Below are positions 11,601 to 20,382 of a DNA stretch of 25,478 bases, one piece after another. The notes beneath the pieces were generated by a model. It was not told where the DNA came from. It was given only the letters and a program-made list of their open reading frames with translations, and did not search any database. The stretch spans positions 1-25,478 of IMG/VR virus record IMGVR_UViG_2737471843_000008, one strand, 5' to 3'. The stretch comes from a virus. Taxonomy: Duplodnaviria; Heunggongvirae; Uroviricota; Caudoviricetes. Each line of letters opens with the position of its first letter. Positions within the stretch are counted from its first letter, which is position 1. A program made the translations under genes and the position numbers.

Positions 11601-11929
11601 GCCTGAAAATCATCACTGGATTGTGTCGCCTGTTTCAGACGGGCATTGACTGAATTCCACTCATCGGCAAGGGAAATCAGATGCCCGGTGGCAAAAACCC
11701 CGGCAAATGCTCCCGCCATACTCAGTGCCGAAGATTTAGCCGTATTTATCTGATCCGTCACTTCTGCCAGCGCCCGCCGCATTTCACGGGATGCAGCAGC
11801 AGACTGTCGGCCTCCGTTCTGCATGGTGCGGTAGTAATCCTGCCCCATACGTGAAGCCCGGGCGATCTCTGACTGGAATGACCGGGAATTTGCCGAAATT
11901 TTAATAATCAGTTCACGTAATGTCGCCAT
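8687..11929 (-). CDS. H: tail tape measure protein H
   Basis: About 1080 aa, alpha-helical Ala/Gln-rich with a Gly-rich hydrophobic C-terminal section, located after G/GT. Start assigned to the ATG at 11929, six nt after GGAGA. Confidence 0.88.
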   Translation of the reverse strand: MATLRELIIKISANSRSFQSEIARASRMGQDYYRTMQNGGRQSAAASREMRRALAEVTDQINTAKSSALSMAGAFAGVFATGHLISLADEWNSVNARLKQATQSSDDFQASQRELMAISQRTGTAFSDNASLFARSAASMREYGYSSEEVLKVTEAISTGLKLSGASTAEASSVITQFSQALAQGVLRGEEFNSVNENGDRVIRALAAGMGVARKDLKAMADNGKLTADKVVPALISQLGALRDEYAAMPDTVSSSATKVENAFMAWVGGANEASGVTKTLSGVLNGIAGNIDTVATAAGALVAVGVARYFGNMASSAGSATAGLITAARNEVALAEAQLRGTQIATARARAAVYRAQQAVVAARGTERQAAAEAKLTAAQASLTRNIAARTAAQTTLNTVTSVGSRLLSGALGLVGGVPGLVMLGATAWYTMYQNQEQARESARQYAATIDEIRQKTSAMSLPEASDNEEKTRQALDEQNRLIDEQKSKIKSLQEKIAGYQYVLANPGWTTDNGFMINHMTSVKTVTEGLAEATNQLAVEQSRLTQMQGKAQSIQDVLAGLEERRVALIRQQAAEQNKAYQSLLIMNGQHTEFNRLLGLGNELLQQRQGLVNVPLRLPQATLDDKQQDALKKSQQALELSRLKGEARERVRLGYAADDLGFVGDKYQTARQEFISTGMETWRNNEANKPKRKGPKSEAEKAEDVYNRLIKQQKEQLALAGQNTELAKMKYQVSQGELTTLSSAQKQLLLQNAALIDQKNIRQQLAAYEANLADENASRRSSYREELTGYGQGTRMRERMQEALRIREAFLQKNQDLQRQYQSGDITEELFRQEKALNAQYLSERLKDNAEFYAALDQQRSDWMAGMREGLANWADNASDYAGQMASAAGTAMDGLVNNITEALSGNLVAWRDWAAAVLKEISGILMSVAIVNGLKSLAGSMSGMGGLAGGIGNWLSGALKNARGGVYASAGLSAYSNSIVDTPTYFAFAKGIGLMGEAGPEAIMPLARTADGSLGVRVAGNAGSTGGFVYSPVYNIAIQNDGSSGQIGPEAASGLVGLIDQRVRAVMLSMRRDGGMLSD

Positions 11930-11945
11930 TCTCATTCTCCGGACG

Positions 11946-11966
11946 AAAAAAAACCGCCGAAGCGGT
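11946..11966 (-). terminator. intrinsic terminator-like hairpin between GT and H
   Basis: Minus strand 'accgcttcggcggt' followed by eight T. Confidence 0.45.
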
Positions 11967-11975
11967 TATGTCGAC

Positions 11976-12287
11976 TCACTGAGATACGGTTAAAAGCGCA
12001 TTTTCCAGTCCGGCAAATGGATCTGAGGTGCCTTCTGTCTGCTCCTTCTCCCACTGAAGAAGCGCATCATTCAGTGATACTTTGACACCCTGCGCACCGT
12101 AAACCGCAGAAACTATCTGGGCAGCCCGGATATCAGCCCGCTCGTCACCCAGCGGACTGAACCTGTCAAATTCTGCCCACATCATGATTTCTGATGCGGA
12201 CATTTCCCGGCGTAATTCTGACAATGTGCGCCCCATCCGGAGCGCCAGCATCATCAGAAAACGTATCCCCGGCATGGCTATTTTTTT
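11976..12287 (-). CDS. T segment of tail assembly chaperone GT, expressed by programmed -1 frameshift from G
   Basis: The -1 frame opens exactly at a run of nine A at the 3' end of G ('GTT AAA AAA AAA TAG') and continues 99 codons. This is the conserved G/GT arrangement of long-tailed phages. Confidence 0.7.
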   Translation of the reverse strand, partial: KKIAMPGIRFLMMLALRMGRTLSELRREMSASEIMMWAEFDRFSPLGDERADIRAAQIVSAVYGAQGVKVSLNDALLQWEKEQTEGTSDPFAGLENALLTVSQ

Positions 12288-12649
12288 TTAACCTCACCGG
12301 CATCAGTAACCAGCTCCAGCGCCTGCCGCAATAGTCGCGTATGCACAGGACCATACACTGCCAGTACCTGTTCCCGATCACCCGCAGAAAATACCTTTTT
12401 CATCCCGGTATCGCACAAAACATCAATGAACAACTCAACATCGGCTTCCAGATCCCGGCGGGCCCGTACCGAAACGGACAACGGCGTTTCCCCCTTTTCC
12501 TGTCTGACTATCTCCTGCCAGCGTAGCCAGGCTTCAGCTGACGGCTCCCTCAGCACTACCGTAGCACCGTCCCATTCCGGTACCACCACTGTCTTATGAC
12601 GAAACCCCGCCATCGTTGACAGCGCCAGCGTTTTTAAATCTTTTTCCAT
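12278..12649 (-). CDS. tail assembly chaperone G
   Basis: 123-aa acidic ORF between the major tail protein and tape measure, ending '...GEVKKK*' on the slippery A-run. Confidence 0.75.
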   Translation of the reverse strand: MEKDLKTLALSTMAGFRHKTVVVPEWDGATVVLREPSAEAWLRWQEIVRQEKGETPLSVSVRARRDLEADVELFIDVLCDTGMKKVFSAGDREQVLAVYGPVHTRLLRQALELVTDAGEVKKK

Positions 12650-12658
12650 GACATTTCC

Positions 12659-13375
12659 TTATCCGGTTACCGCATTCACCATCACCTGACACGCCAGTGA
12701 TGTGACACTCAGAGGCTGATTCGCCGAATCCATCACCGTACAAGTGTACTCGCCAGTATCCTCCGTCTGCGCACCGGCTTTATTGAACGTGTCTGTAGTC
12801 TGGTCAGCCACAGCCTTACCGTCTTTATACCAGGTATAGCTGTAAGGCGGAGTACCTCCACTGACCGCAACAGACAGCGTCAGTAATGATCCTGTCGTCA
12901 CCACATGCGCTTCCGGAAGGTTACGCACAAAATCCAGTGGTACCACATACAGCGAAGGCTTCCCTTTCAGACGCAGGGAAAAAGTCGCAGCCACCACGCC
13001 ATTAGTGCCGGAAGACCAGGTATGCTGACGTACTTCTGCCATAAACTTAAACCCACGTCCGGACGGAAACTGCACCTTAAATGCATACACACTGTCATTA
13101 TCATACGCATCACGCAGGGCGTTCTGTGCAGGATTCATAAAGAAGTTACCCGACATTGAAATCTCGGATGGAGATCCCAGGCCGTTGATATTCTCCTGTT
13201 CCGTGGAACAAAGCGTTGTCACGTCAACATCCTGTTTCTGCCCCGCAGTAAACTGGACTTCCTTGATGGTACAGTCCAGACGCAGGTATTCCGCTTTCTC
13301 CACGGTTTCAGGCCTTACGGGAGCGGATGAAATCATCACCTGCGTCAACTGGGATCGCTCATAATTAGATGGCAT
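12659..13375 (-). CDS. V: major tail tube protein V with C-terminal Ig-like domain
   Basis: Start reassigned to 'MPSNYERSQL' (ATG 13375, AGGAGA upstream) because the track start overlaps the U-like stop. C-terminal 'YSYTWYKDGKAV...DTGEYTCTV' is an Ig-like signature. Confidence 0.8.
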   Translation of the reverse strand: MPSNYERSQLTQVMISSAPVRPETVEKAEYLRLDCTIKEVQFTAGQKQDVDVTTLCSTEQENINGLGSPSEISMSGNFFMNPAQNALRDAYDNDSVYAFKVQFPSGRGFKFMAEVRQHTWSSGTNGVVAATFSLRLKGKPSLYVVPLDFVRNLPEAHVVTTGSLLTLSVAVSGGTPPYSYTWYKDGKAVADQTTDTFNKAGAQTEDTGEYTCTVMDSANQPLSVTSLACQVMVNAVTG

Positions 13376-13391
13376 ATACATCTCCTGAAAA

Positions 13392-13413
13392 GAAAAAACC
13401 CGCCAGCAGCGGG
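13392..13413 (-). terminator. intrinsic terminator-like hairpin upstream of V
   Basis: Minus strand 'cccgctgctggcggg' followed by a T-run, directly before the V ribosome-binding site. Confidence 0.45.
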
Positions 13414-13416
13414 TCA

Positions 13417-13761
13417 TTAATACATCACCTGAAATTCCAGCGTGGCCCGGTTAAGGCCAGAATCAGAATCGTATCCCTGGGTTTGAGAGACGGCAAACGG
13501 AGCCAGCGGACGAACGGCAGACATCGCCTGTTCCCGGATTTCACGCGCCAGATCGGGTCCATCTGCCCAGACGTCTATCTGTACCGTCATTCTTGATTCC
13601 GCCTGACCACCCAGCACATCTGCAGAAACATCAGATACCACAGAAAACACCAGCCACGGCGGAGATACCGCAGGCTTTCCCTCCGTCAGCGGGACCACAT
13701 AAGGATAAACCTGTCCTCCGGCCAGTTCCGACAGCAGGGAATACAGGATGGCCTCCCTCAT
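13417..13761 (-). CDS. tail terminator / tail completion protein (U-like)
   Basis: 114 aa immediately upstream of the major tail gene; call is by position and size. Confidence 0.55.
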   Translation of the reverse strand: MREAILYSLLSELAGGQVYPYVVPLTEGKPAVSPPWLVFSVVSDVSADVLGGQAESRMTVQIDVWADGPDLAREIREQAMSAVRPLAPFAVSQTQGYDSDSGLNRATLEFQVMY

Positions 13762-14207
13762 TGACTTAATACCTCATCAATAGCCTGATTCATTCGCTGT
13801 ATGGCAACCTGTGCGGCCAGTTCCTCTGTCGTATCAAAGGCCGGACGAATAAACGGATGAGCAGGCATATTTACCGTGCCCAGTTCCACAAAGCGCCAGT
13901 AAAACGCATTTCGCGGATCGCTGGCTTTCATGCTGTTATCACTGTTACCGGTTCGCATGTTCCGACCACGAATGTGGATACCAGAAATAATTTCCCCGCG
14001 ACGCTTTGAACGCTTCGTCAGAACAACCACATTTTTCTTCAGTTTCCCGGTTCGCTCCGGCGCACATTCGACAACCGCATCCCGGATAACTTCAGCACCT
14101 GCACGGGTGGCATCACGCAGTACTTTATTGCTTTCCGCTCTGCTGAGAAGTTCCAGATCTCTGGCAATATCATCCAGACCAGAAAAATCCAGGGTGAAAT
14201 CCGTCAT
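13758..14207 (-). CDS. HK97 gp10-family neck / tail component protein
   Basis: 149 aa, translationally coupled to neighbours, in the head-tail joining block. Confidence 0.5.
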   Translation of the reverse strand: MTDFTLDFSGLDDIARDLELLSRAESNKVLRDATRAGAEVIRDAVVECAPERTGKLKKNVVVLTKRSKRRGEIISGIHIRGRNMRTGNSDNSMKASDPRNAFYWRFVELGTVNMPAHPFIRPAFDTTEELAAQVAIQRMNQAIDEVLSQ

Positions 14208-14542
14208 CCTTTACCTCCAACACTGCACAGTAATTCAAGCCGCCTGCACCTGGTATCGGGGATCGGCGGCCCGTCAACATGCAAAATGGTTCCCTTATAA
14301 GCCCCCGTCAGCACTTTCAGACGCGAAGCGGCCGTCACATCACGCCGGAAACGCATCCAGACTCTCACCGTAGCCTGCGCGGTTTCTGCACCGGCAGACA
14401 TACGTTCCCTGCCGCTGATCCCCCTGGCTTCTGCCCATACGGTAGCTCCCTCCGTCACCGTCTCCACCGGATGCCCTGACGGAGAGCGGGCGGTGGTGAC
14501 ATTCAGAATAATTACGCGATCACGTAATCTGCCCGCCTGCAT
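14204..14542 (-). CDS. head closure / head-tail adaptor protein
   Basis: 112 aa, positioned between the connector and the gp10-like gene. Confidence 0.5.
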   Translation of the reverse strand: MQAGRLRDRVIILNVTTARSPSGHPVETVTEGATVWAEARGISGRERMSAGAETAQATVRVWMRFRRDVTAASRLKVLTGAYKGTILHVDGPPIPDTRCRRLELLCSVGGKG

Positions 14543-14550
14543 GCCTCCTC

Positions 14551-14868
14551 CTACAAAGGAATAAAACGATAAGGCTCCAGCAGAGAAGAAAAACCAAACG
14601 GGACTGGTGCCTTGCTGACATCTGAGGAATTTTCCCGGTTTTCGTACCAGTGTCCGACCAGCAACATGAGCGCCAGCAAAACATCATCAGCTATAAGCAC
14701 CCCTTCCGGATCACCTTCCGGCACCGTCTCCTCATAAAGCTTACGGTTGATAAAATTTTCTGCCTTGCGGCAGGCCGCCCGGAAATACAGCATCAGTAAC
14801 TCATCATCAGTTGCATCATCTGTATCAATACGGCACTGTGCCCTGAGTTTTTCCACTATTGCTGCCAT
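14551..14868 (-). CDS. head-tail connector protein (gp6-like)
   Basis: The track ORF overlaps the capsid gene by ~100 nt. The internal start 'MAAIVEKLRAQ' (ATG 14868) has an AGGAG six nt upstream. Confidence 0.6.
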   Translation of the reverse strand: MAAIVEKLRAQCRIDTDDATDDELLMLYFRAACRKAENFINRKLYEETVPEGDPEGVLIADDVLLALMLLVGHWYENRENSSDVSKAPVPFGFSSLLEPYRFIPL

Positions 14869-14901
14869 CAGAAACTCCTGCCCGCAACACTGTGCGGGCA
14901 T

Positions 14902-14923
14902 AAAAAAACCGCGTCGGCGCGGT
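14902..14923 (-). terminator. intrinsic terminator-like hairpin after the major capsid gene
   Basis: Minus strand 'accgcgccgacgcggt' followed by seven T; a second hairpin 'gcccgcacagtgttgcgggc' at 14880-14899. Confidence 0.5.
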
Positions 14924-14944
14924 CTGTAACTGAACAACGTGTGG

Positions 14945-16162
14945 TTATTTGCCAGTGAGCGCCTTGATGGCTGCCACATCTTCCAGCACACAGTCAAAAC
15001 GATGGAAAGCCAGAAATGCCACCTGATCAAACTCAGCATAACGCTCAACCAGACGTTTCAGTTCCATATAAGTAACGCGGCGAATGATAAATCGGTTGAA
15101 ATCCCCCAGGAAAATGAATTTTTTCCCGGTACCAATCCCGTCAATAGCCTGATCAATAACATAAGGGATCCCCAGCACAGTAGCCGGCGTACCGCCTGCA
15201 ATATCCGGCAGCCATAACGGGCGTTTCTGTCCATCCTCCATCTCTTCAATAGTCTGCAATGTGGCATCATTGAATGCCCAGCGGTATTTCGGCCCACCAC
15301 GATATGCCGGATCAATGGCATGTTTCAGGGCATTCATTTCTTTCCAGGTGAAAGCGGCAGAGGCTGCAGTCTGGATGGTTCCCGTCACCGACGCTGCCAG
15401 CCCTTTTGGCTGTAACGGTGATCCCGTTCCGGTCCCCTGAACCAGATATTTTGCCTCTCCACGACCAATACGCTGGGCAATACGGTTTGCCAGATAAGAT
15501 TCAATATCCACCCCACTGTCCTGGAGCAGCTCATTGGACACACGAATTATTTTTGATGACAGCTTTTTAGCCCCCAGAATAGCGGTCCCGAACGTCACAT
15601 CCTGTTCCGTTGCGGCTGTATTTTCCGCCAGCAGTTCGCCCTCTTCAGTCGTGCCATCAGACGTTGACCAGGTGATATCCTGCCCGGTTGATGTGGTCAG
15701 AAGTTGCGCCACACTGGCAATCCCGCCATAAGCCTTCATGGTGTCAATGATTTTGTTACGCATCTGCGTGGGCACCGTATATCCGCCCTGAGAATCCGTT
15801 GTTACACTCTGAGCCCGCAGTTCACGCATCAGATTACGCTCTTCAGCATTCAGTTCTGCAAATCCGGCACGCAGAAAACGGTTAAATGCCGCAGCGCGCT
15901 TCTCTTCCACCGCCTTTTTCCCGTTCTCCGCCTCATTATTCTGGCGCTCTTCCGGCCCGGACTCATCCACATATGCCTGATCCTGACGGCGCAACTCTTC
16001 TTCACGGGCGATTTGCTCATCCAGCGCATCCAGCTCAGCTTTCGCCCTGTTCCACTCTGCCCGTTGCTCATCAGTCCATGCGTTATCACCAATTTTTTCA
16101 TGCAGTGCACGCATATCCTTTGCAATGGTGTTTCGTTTTTGCTTCATCTCATGAAGTTTCAT
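14945..16162 (-). CDS. major capsid protein, HK97 family, with N-terminal delta (scaffold-like) domain
   Basis: 405 aa with a charged coiled-coil-like N-terminal ~100 aa, then a capsid-like body. Follows the prohead protease, as in HK97. Confidence 0.85.
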   Translation of the reverse strand: MKLHEMKQKRNTIAKDMRALHEKIGDNAWTDEQRAEWNRAKAELDALDEQIAREEELRRQDQAYVDESGPEERQNNEAENGKKAVEEKRAAAFNRFLRAGFAELNAEERNLMRELRAQSVTTDSQGGYTVPTQMRNKIIDTMKAYGGIASVAQLLTTSTGQDITWSTSDGTTEEGELLAENTAATEQDVTFGTAILGAKKLSSKIIRVSNELLQDSGVDIESYLANRIAQRIGRGEAKYLVQGTGTGSPLQPKGLAASVTGTIQTAASAAFTWKEMNALKHAIDPAYRGGPKYRWAFNDATLQTIEEMEDGQKRPLWLPDIAGGTPATVLGIPYVIDQAIDGIGTGKKFIFLGDFNRFIIRRVTYMELKRLVERYAEFDQVAFLAFHRFDCVLEDVAAIKALTGK

Positions 16163-16176
16163 CGTCAGTAGTATCC

Positions 16177-16776
16177 TTATGCATTAAGAAGGGTCAAAAG
16201 ACGCTCACGCGCCATTCGTTCGTTAACAGCTTTCTTCAGCGCACCACTCGCCCGCGCTTCCTGCCAGGCTTTCATTGAGCGGACACCAGAATCTGCGTCC
16301 TGATAGGCCGGATATGTCACCGGGCTGACGTCATACAGACGAGAAATGCGCGTGATTTCCCGGATAACAATCCCCTCGTCGTCTTCATACCAGCTCTCTC
16401 CGTCACGGGCGACGCGAAACGCGAACGAGGACTGATTAATGTCACCACGCAACATTGGAGACAGCACCAGGTCACAAATAGTCGGAGTATCCGGTGCAAC
16501 AATGTCATAACGTAAACCGCGTTCATCCACCGACAATGACAACGTGCCGGCAGAACTTCGTCCGAGAATGAAATTAGGATCATGATTAAACAAGCCACGT
16601 ACATCATCGTTCAGTACATCATCAAAAGCCCCCGGCTTGATGATTTCACGAAATCCCCACAGAGGTTCTGAACGACTGTTAAATACCGAGCCATACCCCA
16701 GAATGTGGGTCGGGGCATTATCATATTGTTCCGCCCGCACCTCCCCGCTGTAACAGCGCGTTTCACGGTCATTCAT
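16177..16776 (-). CDS. prohead maturation protease (HK97 gp4 family)
   Basis: 199 aa between portal and capsid, overlapping the portal stop. Confidence 0.8.
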   Translation of the reverse strand: MNDRETRCYSGEVRAEQYDNAPTHILGYGSVFNSRSEPLWGFREIIKPGAFDDVLNDDVRGLFNHDPNFILGRSSAGTLSLSVDERGLRYDIVAPDTPTICDLVLSPMLRGDINQSSFAFRVARDGESWYEDDEGIVIREITRISRLYDVSPVTYPAYQDADSGVRSMKAWQEARASGALKKAVNERMARERLLTLLNA

Positions 16777-17995
16777 CGTTCTTTTCCTCTTTGCCTTTCG
16801 TATCTTTAAAGTTATTCAACGGATTTGCTGCATTTACGCTGACCAGCATTTCATCCAGACCGTCAACCGGGTTCATATCCTCAAATGCCCTGGCTTCATT
16901 CCGACTCATCCAGCCATCTGTAATGGCAAAGTGATAGAACTGCGCACGCTCCTGTGGGGTCCCACGGAGCAACCCCGTGAGGTTGAAACGAACGTAATAC
17001 CCGGCAGCCCGTTCTGTACGGGTAAACAGGCGACGGTTAAGCTCCTGCTCCCAGTTCGCAACCCAGGGCATCATCGTGTAGCGAACAAACTGAATCGCCT
17101 GCTGCGTAATATTCGAAAATGTGGCTTTTTCCAGGTCATTAATCATGTGCGCCGGGACATTAAAAATCCCGGCAATCATCGACCGGTTCAGCTTGGTCAT
17201 ATCAATGATCTGAGCATCCACCGGAGAAACTGTCAGAGCGCGGTAATCCAGTTGCGCAGGCAGCAACATGGTTTTATTTTCCTGGCTGCGAAGCGCTGTC
17301 ACCGCCCGCTGCCACATATTTTTAAGCCTGCCCCAGCTTTGTTCGTTCAGTTCATTTTTCACAGAAATAATACCGGCAGGACGGGCATTACCGTTAAAAA
17401 AGGCGCTGGTATACTGCTGGCCACTCATTCCCATACCAATGGTTTCAGCATGCTGCATGATCGGGCTCAGTCCCATTTTCTGATTGTTTCCCAGCGCCCT
17501 GATATGGATCATGTCGTCCGGACTTACCGCAAATGCACCCTCTTCGTTATACACCCCGTAAGTATGACGCCCACCGGTGTTAAGTAACGTGGTTTCCCAT
17601 GGCATACAGCATTCAAGGCTGGTAACCTCTCCACGACGATTACGTTTTACCCACGTATAACCATTGCCCCACCCCAGCACATGACGCTGCTTCAGTTCCC
17701 GCCACTTATAGCTGGTCTGCCAGGCATTAGGTTCATCATGAACGAGCCAGAACAACGGATGATCGCGTGCCGGCTGAACATGCTCATTCGTTTTTCGCAT
17801 CACATGCAGGGGCATCTGAGCCACACTGGATGAAATAACATAAATACAGGCATAGACAGCAGCCAGCTTCATGGATGTTTCCGGACTGACATACACATCC
17901 CGGGCAAAAATATTATCCGTCTCAGCGGCCTCTCCGGTTACCGGAACCGAGGGATTTTCCAGAGGCTCACTGCGAAACAGAGCATCAAGAAGCAT
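16769..17995 (-). CDS. portal protein (HK97 family)
   Basis: 408 aa, downstream of the large terminase and upstream of the protease. Confidence 0.85.
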   Translation of the reverse strand: MLLDALFRSEPLENPSVPVTGEAAETDNIFARDVYVSPETSMKLAAVYACIYVISSSVAQMPLHVMRKTNEHVQPARDHPLFWLVHDEPNAWQTSYKWRELKQRHVLGWGNGYTWVKRNRRGEVTSLECCMPWETTLLNTGGRHTYGVYNEEGAFAVSPDDMIHIRALGNNQKMGLSPIMQHAETIGMGMSGQQYTSAFFNGNARPAGIISVKNELNEQSWGRLKNMWQRAVTALRSQENKTMLLPAQLDYRALTVSPVDAQIIDMTKLNRSMIAGIFNVPAHMINDLEKATFSNITQQAIQFVRYTMMPWVANWEQELNRRLFTRTERAAGYYVRFNLTGLLRGTPQERAQFYHFAITDGWMSRNEARAFEDMNPVDGLDEMLVSVNAANPLNNFKDTKGKEEKNDE

Positions 17996-18142
17996 GCTTT
18001 CTCCTCATGGACACCACCAGTGCATAAAGCAGCAACAAACAGCCAGACAGCATCAGGGACGCTGGCAGACCTGCATACAGATAAACGCCAGCAGTGAGCA
18101 AACCGAAACCGATCAGCCCGGTCATATCAGTAATAAGCTGTT

Positions 18143-19900
18143 TCACAGAATTAACAGGTCCTCATCAGGATCAAGCGTGGACAGAAAGTCATTCACGCCC
18201 CCGCCATTTACCAGAAAGCGGCTCATGGCTGTAAAAAGCGCAACAGGGCCGTCGATTTTGGCTTCCGGCGTGGATTTATTCGGGAAGATATTGTCGTTTT
18301 TGTCCGGTTTTACCGTAACGTTAGACATCATCCAGTTCATGACCGGATGATTGCTGTGATGGAAACGCCCGGCATAGACCAGTGATTCCGTTTCCTTCAT
18401 GGCCTCTGACAGATTGCGAACCGTCTGCGGAACCTCCACCAGCGGTATCCCTTCTTCAGCCAGTGCCAGGCTGAACTGCATCGCACTCCACGGGTCAAAT
18501 CCCAGTTCCCTGAGGTTTTCACCACCAATCCATTCCAGTAAGTCACTTTTTATCTGAGCATGATCGATAACATCACCATCCGTCAGAATCAGCTTATCCA
18601 TCTCCGACCACTTCCGGTAAAGTTCTGCCTGCTGCCGCGAGCATCGTTCCAGCCGTCCTTCCGGAAGCCAGAATTTAAAATCGGCATGAACATGCCCGTT
18701 ATCCGTTCGCCAGAGTTTTGCCGCCGCACAGATATCAATCTTATGAGCAAGGTCAACGCCGACCCACATGGGATACGTTTTCAGCTCATGTCGTGGGGCA
18801 ATGTATTCGCACTTCTCCCACTTAATCATGTCCATCCAGGCAGACTCTGCTGTTACCCACACATTCATGTGTTTGGTAAAAAAATTCACCCGCGCAGAGA
18901 CCTGTTCTTTCGCTTTTTTCGCCAGACGACGCAGATCATCCCAGCGTTTACAGATGCCCAGGCCGGGATTCGCTTTCTGCCAGACCGTTTCATCAAACGG
19001 ATCATCTCCCTCATCGAGGGTGTAAATGATCGCAAAGTAAGAGTCGTCTTTTACCGCGCCCTCCACGTCGCTGTTATAGCCTCGCAATACCTTGATGGCG
19101 TAATCGCGTTGCTCGTAACAAATCCCTTCCTTGTTAAACCCTGCCGTGGTGATACCAAATAACAGGGACTGCAGACGGGCACCGGTTGCCGTTTCCAGAA
19201 CATCCCACACGTCGCGGGTTTTATGTGCATGCAACTCATCAATAATGGCGCAGTGGATGTTCAGACCGTCCAGGTTGTTTGCATCCGAGGAAAGCGGTTC
19301 AAATTTTGATGCGCTCTGCTCCTGGTAAATCGCCAGCTTGTTGAAATCAAACAACCGCCCGAGTGTCGAGCGGGCTTTTCTGACCATATTTTTGGCGTCT
19401 TCAAACACAATTCTGGCCTGGTCACGCGTGGTTGCGGCTGAATACACCTCAGCACCGCCTTCACCATCTACCCCCGTCATATACAGGCCGATACCCGATG
19501 ACAGGGTTGATTTTGCGTTTTTACGGGCGACTTCGTTGTACGCCGTCCGGAACCGGCGCACCATCACCGGGCGTCCGCTACCATCGCTGCGCATGACAAC
19601 TTCCCCGGTCTCTTCATTCACCAGCGGAATGACAAAACCAAAAATATTAATGAGGATAAATACATGCCAGTCCATCAACTCAATGGGCTGGCCTGCCAGC
19701 GCCCCTTTCACATGGGGCACAAATTTGTAGAAATTCAGGATGTGCTGCGCACGGGGTTCACTGAAATAAATCCCCCGCTTCTCGCCGTACTTCAGATCAT
19801 CAAGAAAACGCTGGCAGGCCAGACGGACAAATTCGCCAGCAACAATTTCTCCTGCAACAACACGTTCGGCGTAGCGGATCCCGTCAGCCACTTTTGCCAT
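18143..19900 (-). CDS. terminase large subunit
   Basis: 585 aa. Start overlaps the TerS stop by one nt (TGATG). Walker A-like segment 'GFNKEG' and a C-terminal nuclease-like region. Confidence 0.88.
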   Translation of the reverse strand: MAKVADGIRYAERVVAGEIVAGEFVRLACQRFLDDLKYGEKRGIYFSEPRAQHILNFYKFVPHVKGALAGQPIELMDWHVFILINIFGFVIPLVNEETGEVVMRSDGSGRPVMVRRFRTAYNEVARKNAKSTLSSGIGLYMTGVDGEGGAEVYSAATTRDQARIVFEDAKNMVRKARSTLGRLFDFNKLAIYQEQSASKFEPLSSDANNLDGLNIHCAIIDELHAHKTRDVWDVLETATGARLQSLLFGITTAGFNKEGICYEQRDYAIKVLRGYNSDVEGAVKDDSYFAIIYTLDEGDDPFDETVWQKANPGLGICKRWDDLRRLAKKAKEQVSARVNFFTKHMNVWVTAESAWMDMIKWEKCEYIAPRHELKTYPMWVGVDLAHKIDICAAAKLWRTDNGHVHADFKFWLPEGRLERCSRQQAELYRKWSEMDKLILTDGDVIDHAQIKSDLLEWIGGENLRELGFDPWSAMQFSLALAEEGIPLVEVPQTVRNLSEAMKETESLVYAGRFHHSNHPVMNWMMSNVTVKPDKNDNIFPNKSTPEAKIDGPVALFTAMSRFLVNGGGVNDFLSTLDPDEDLLIL

Positions 19901-20382
19901 CAGTCTCTCGCTTTTAAAAGCTCCGCCAGCGGATCGACATCATCCGGTCCGGCGATATTTACTTTAGCCCGGCTTGCCGGTGACATGCCAAACTCTGCAA
20001 GCATCGCCCGGATCCTCTTCCAGGCATCCGCTTTCATTGCCGCCGCGGGGTGTGCCTTAATCAGCACATCACCGTTCTGCGTTTCCGTGCGGTAGGTATA
20101 TCCCTCAACATCGAGGGTTTCGCAGTGATGCCGGTATTCGGTGTAGGCTTCCACCAGTAACTCAAGTGCACGCGCATCAAGCTGGGAAATGATCCCTTCC
20201 GCATTCAGTTCTTCCGCCATTCGCCTGAACCAGTACTTCCCCTGCGCCCCTAAATGTTGCGGAATTTTAGGGAGACCTTTTTCATCCTTTTTAGCAGTTT
20301 TTTTGGGGTCTTTAACTGGCCGCTTTGAGGGGTTACCTCGTATCAAATGCAGGCGTGGCGGGGTTTTCGGAGGTCCTGACAT
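19900..20382 (-). CDS. terminase small subunit
   Basis: 160 aa, basic N-terminus 'MSGPPKTPPRLHLIRGNPSKRPVKDPKK', immediately upstream of TerL. Confidence 0.8.
   Translation of the reverse strand: MSGPPKTPPRLHLIRGNPSKRPVKDPKKTAKKDEKGLPKIPQHLGAQGKYWFRRMAEELNAEGIISQLDARALELLVEAYTEYRHHCETLDVEGYTYRTETQNGDVLIKAHPAAAMKADAWKRIRAMLAEFGMSPASRAKVNIAGPDDVDPLAELLKARD

Noticed and set aside
12166-12381. 71-aa minus-strand ORF overlapping the G/T junction
   Set aside because: It is the third frame across the G–T overlap and is explained by the G and GT frames; no independent start signal.
14551-15048. Full 165-aa track ORF for the connector gene
   Set aside because: The upstream 60 codons overlap the capsid gene and lack a ribosome-binding site; the internal ATG at 14868 with AGGAG is the credible start.
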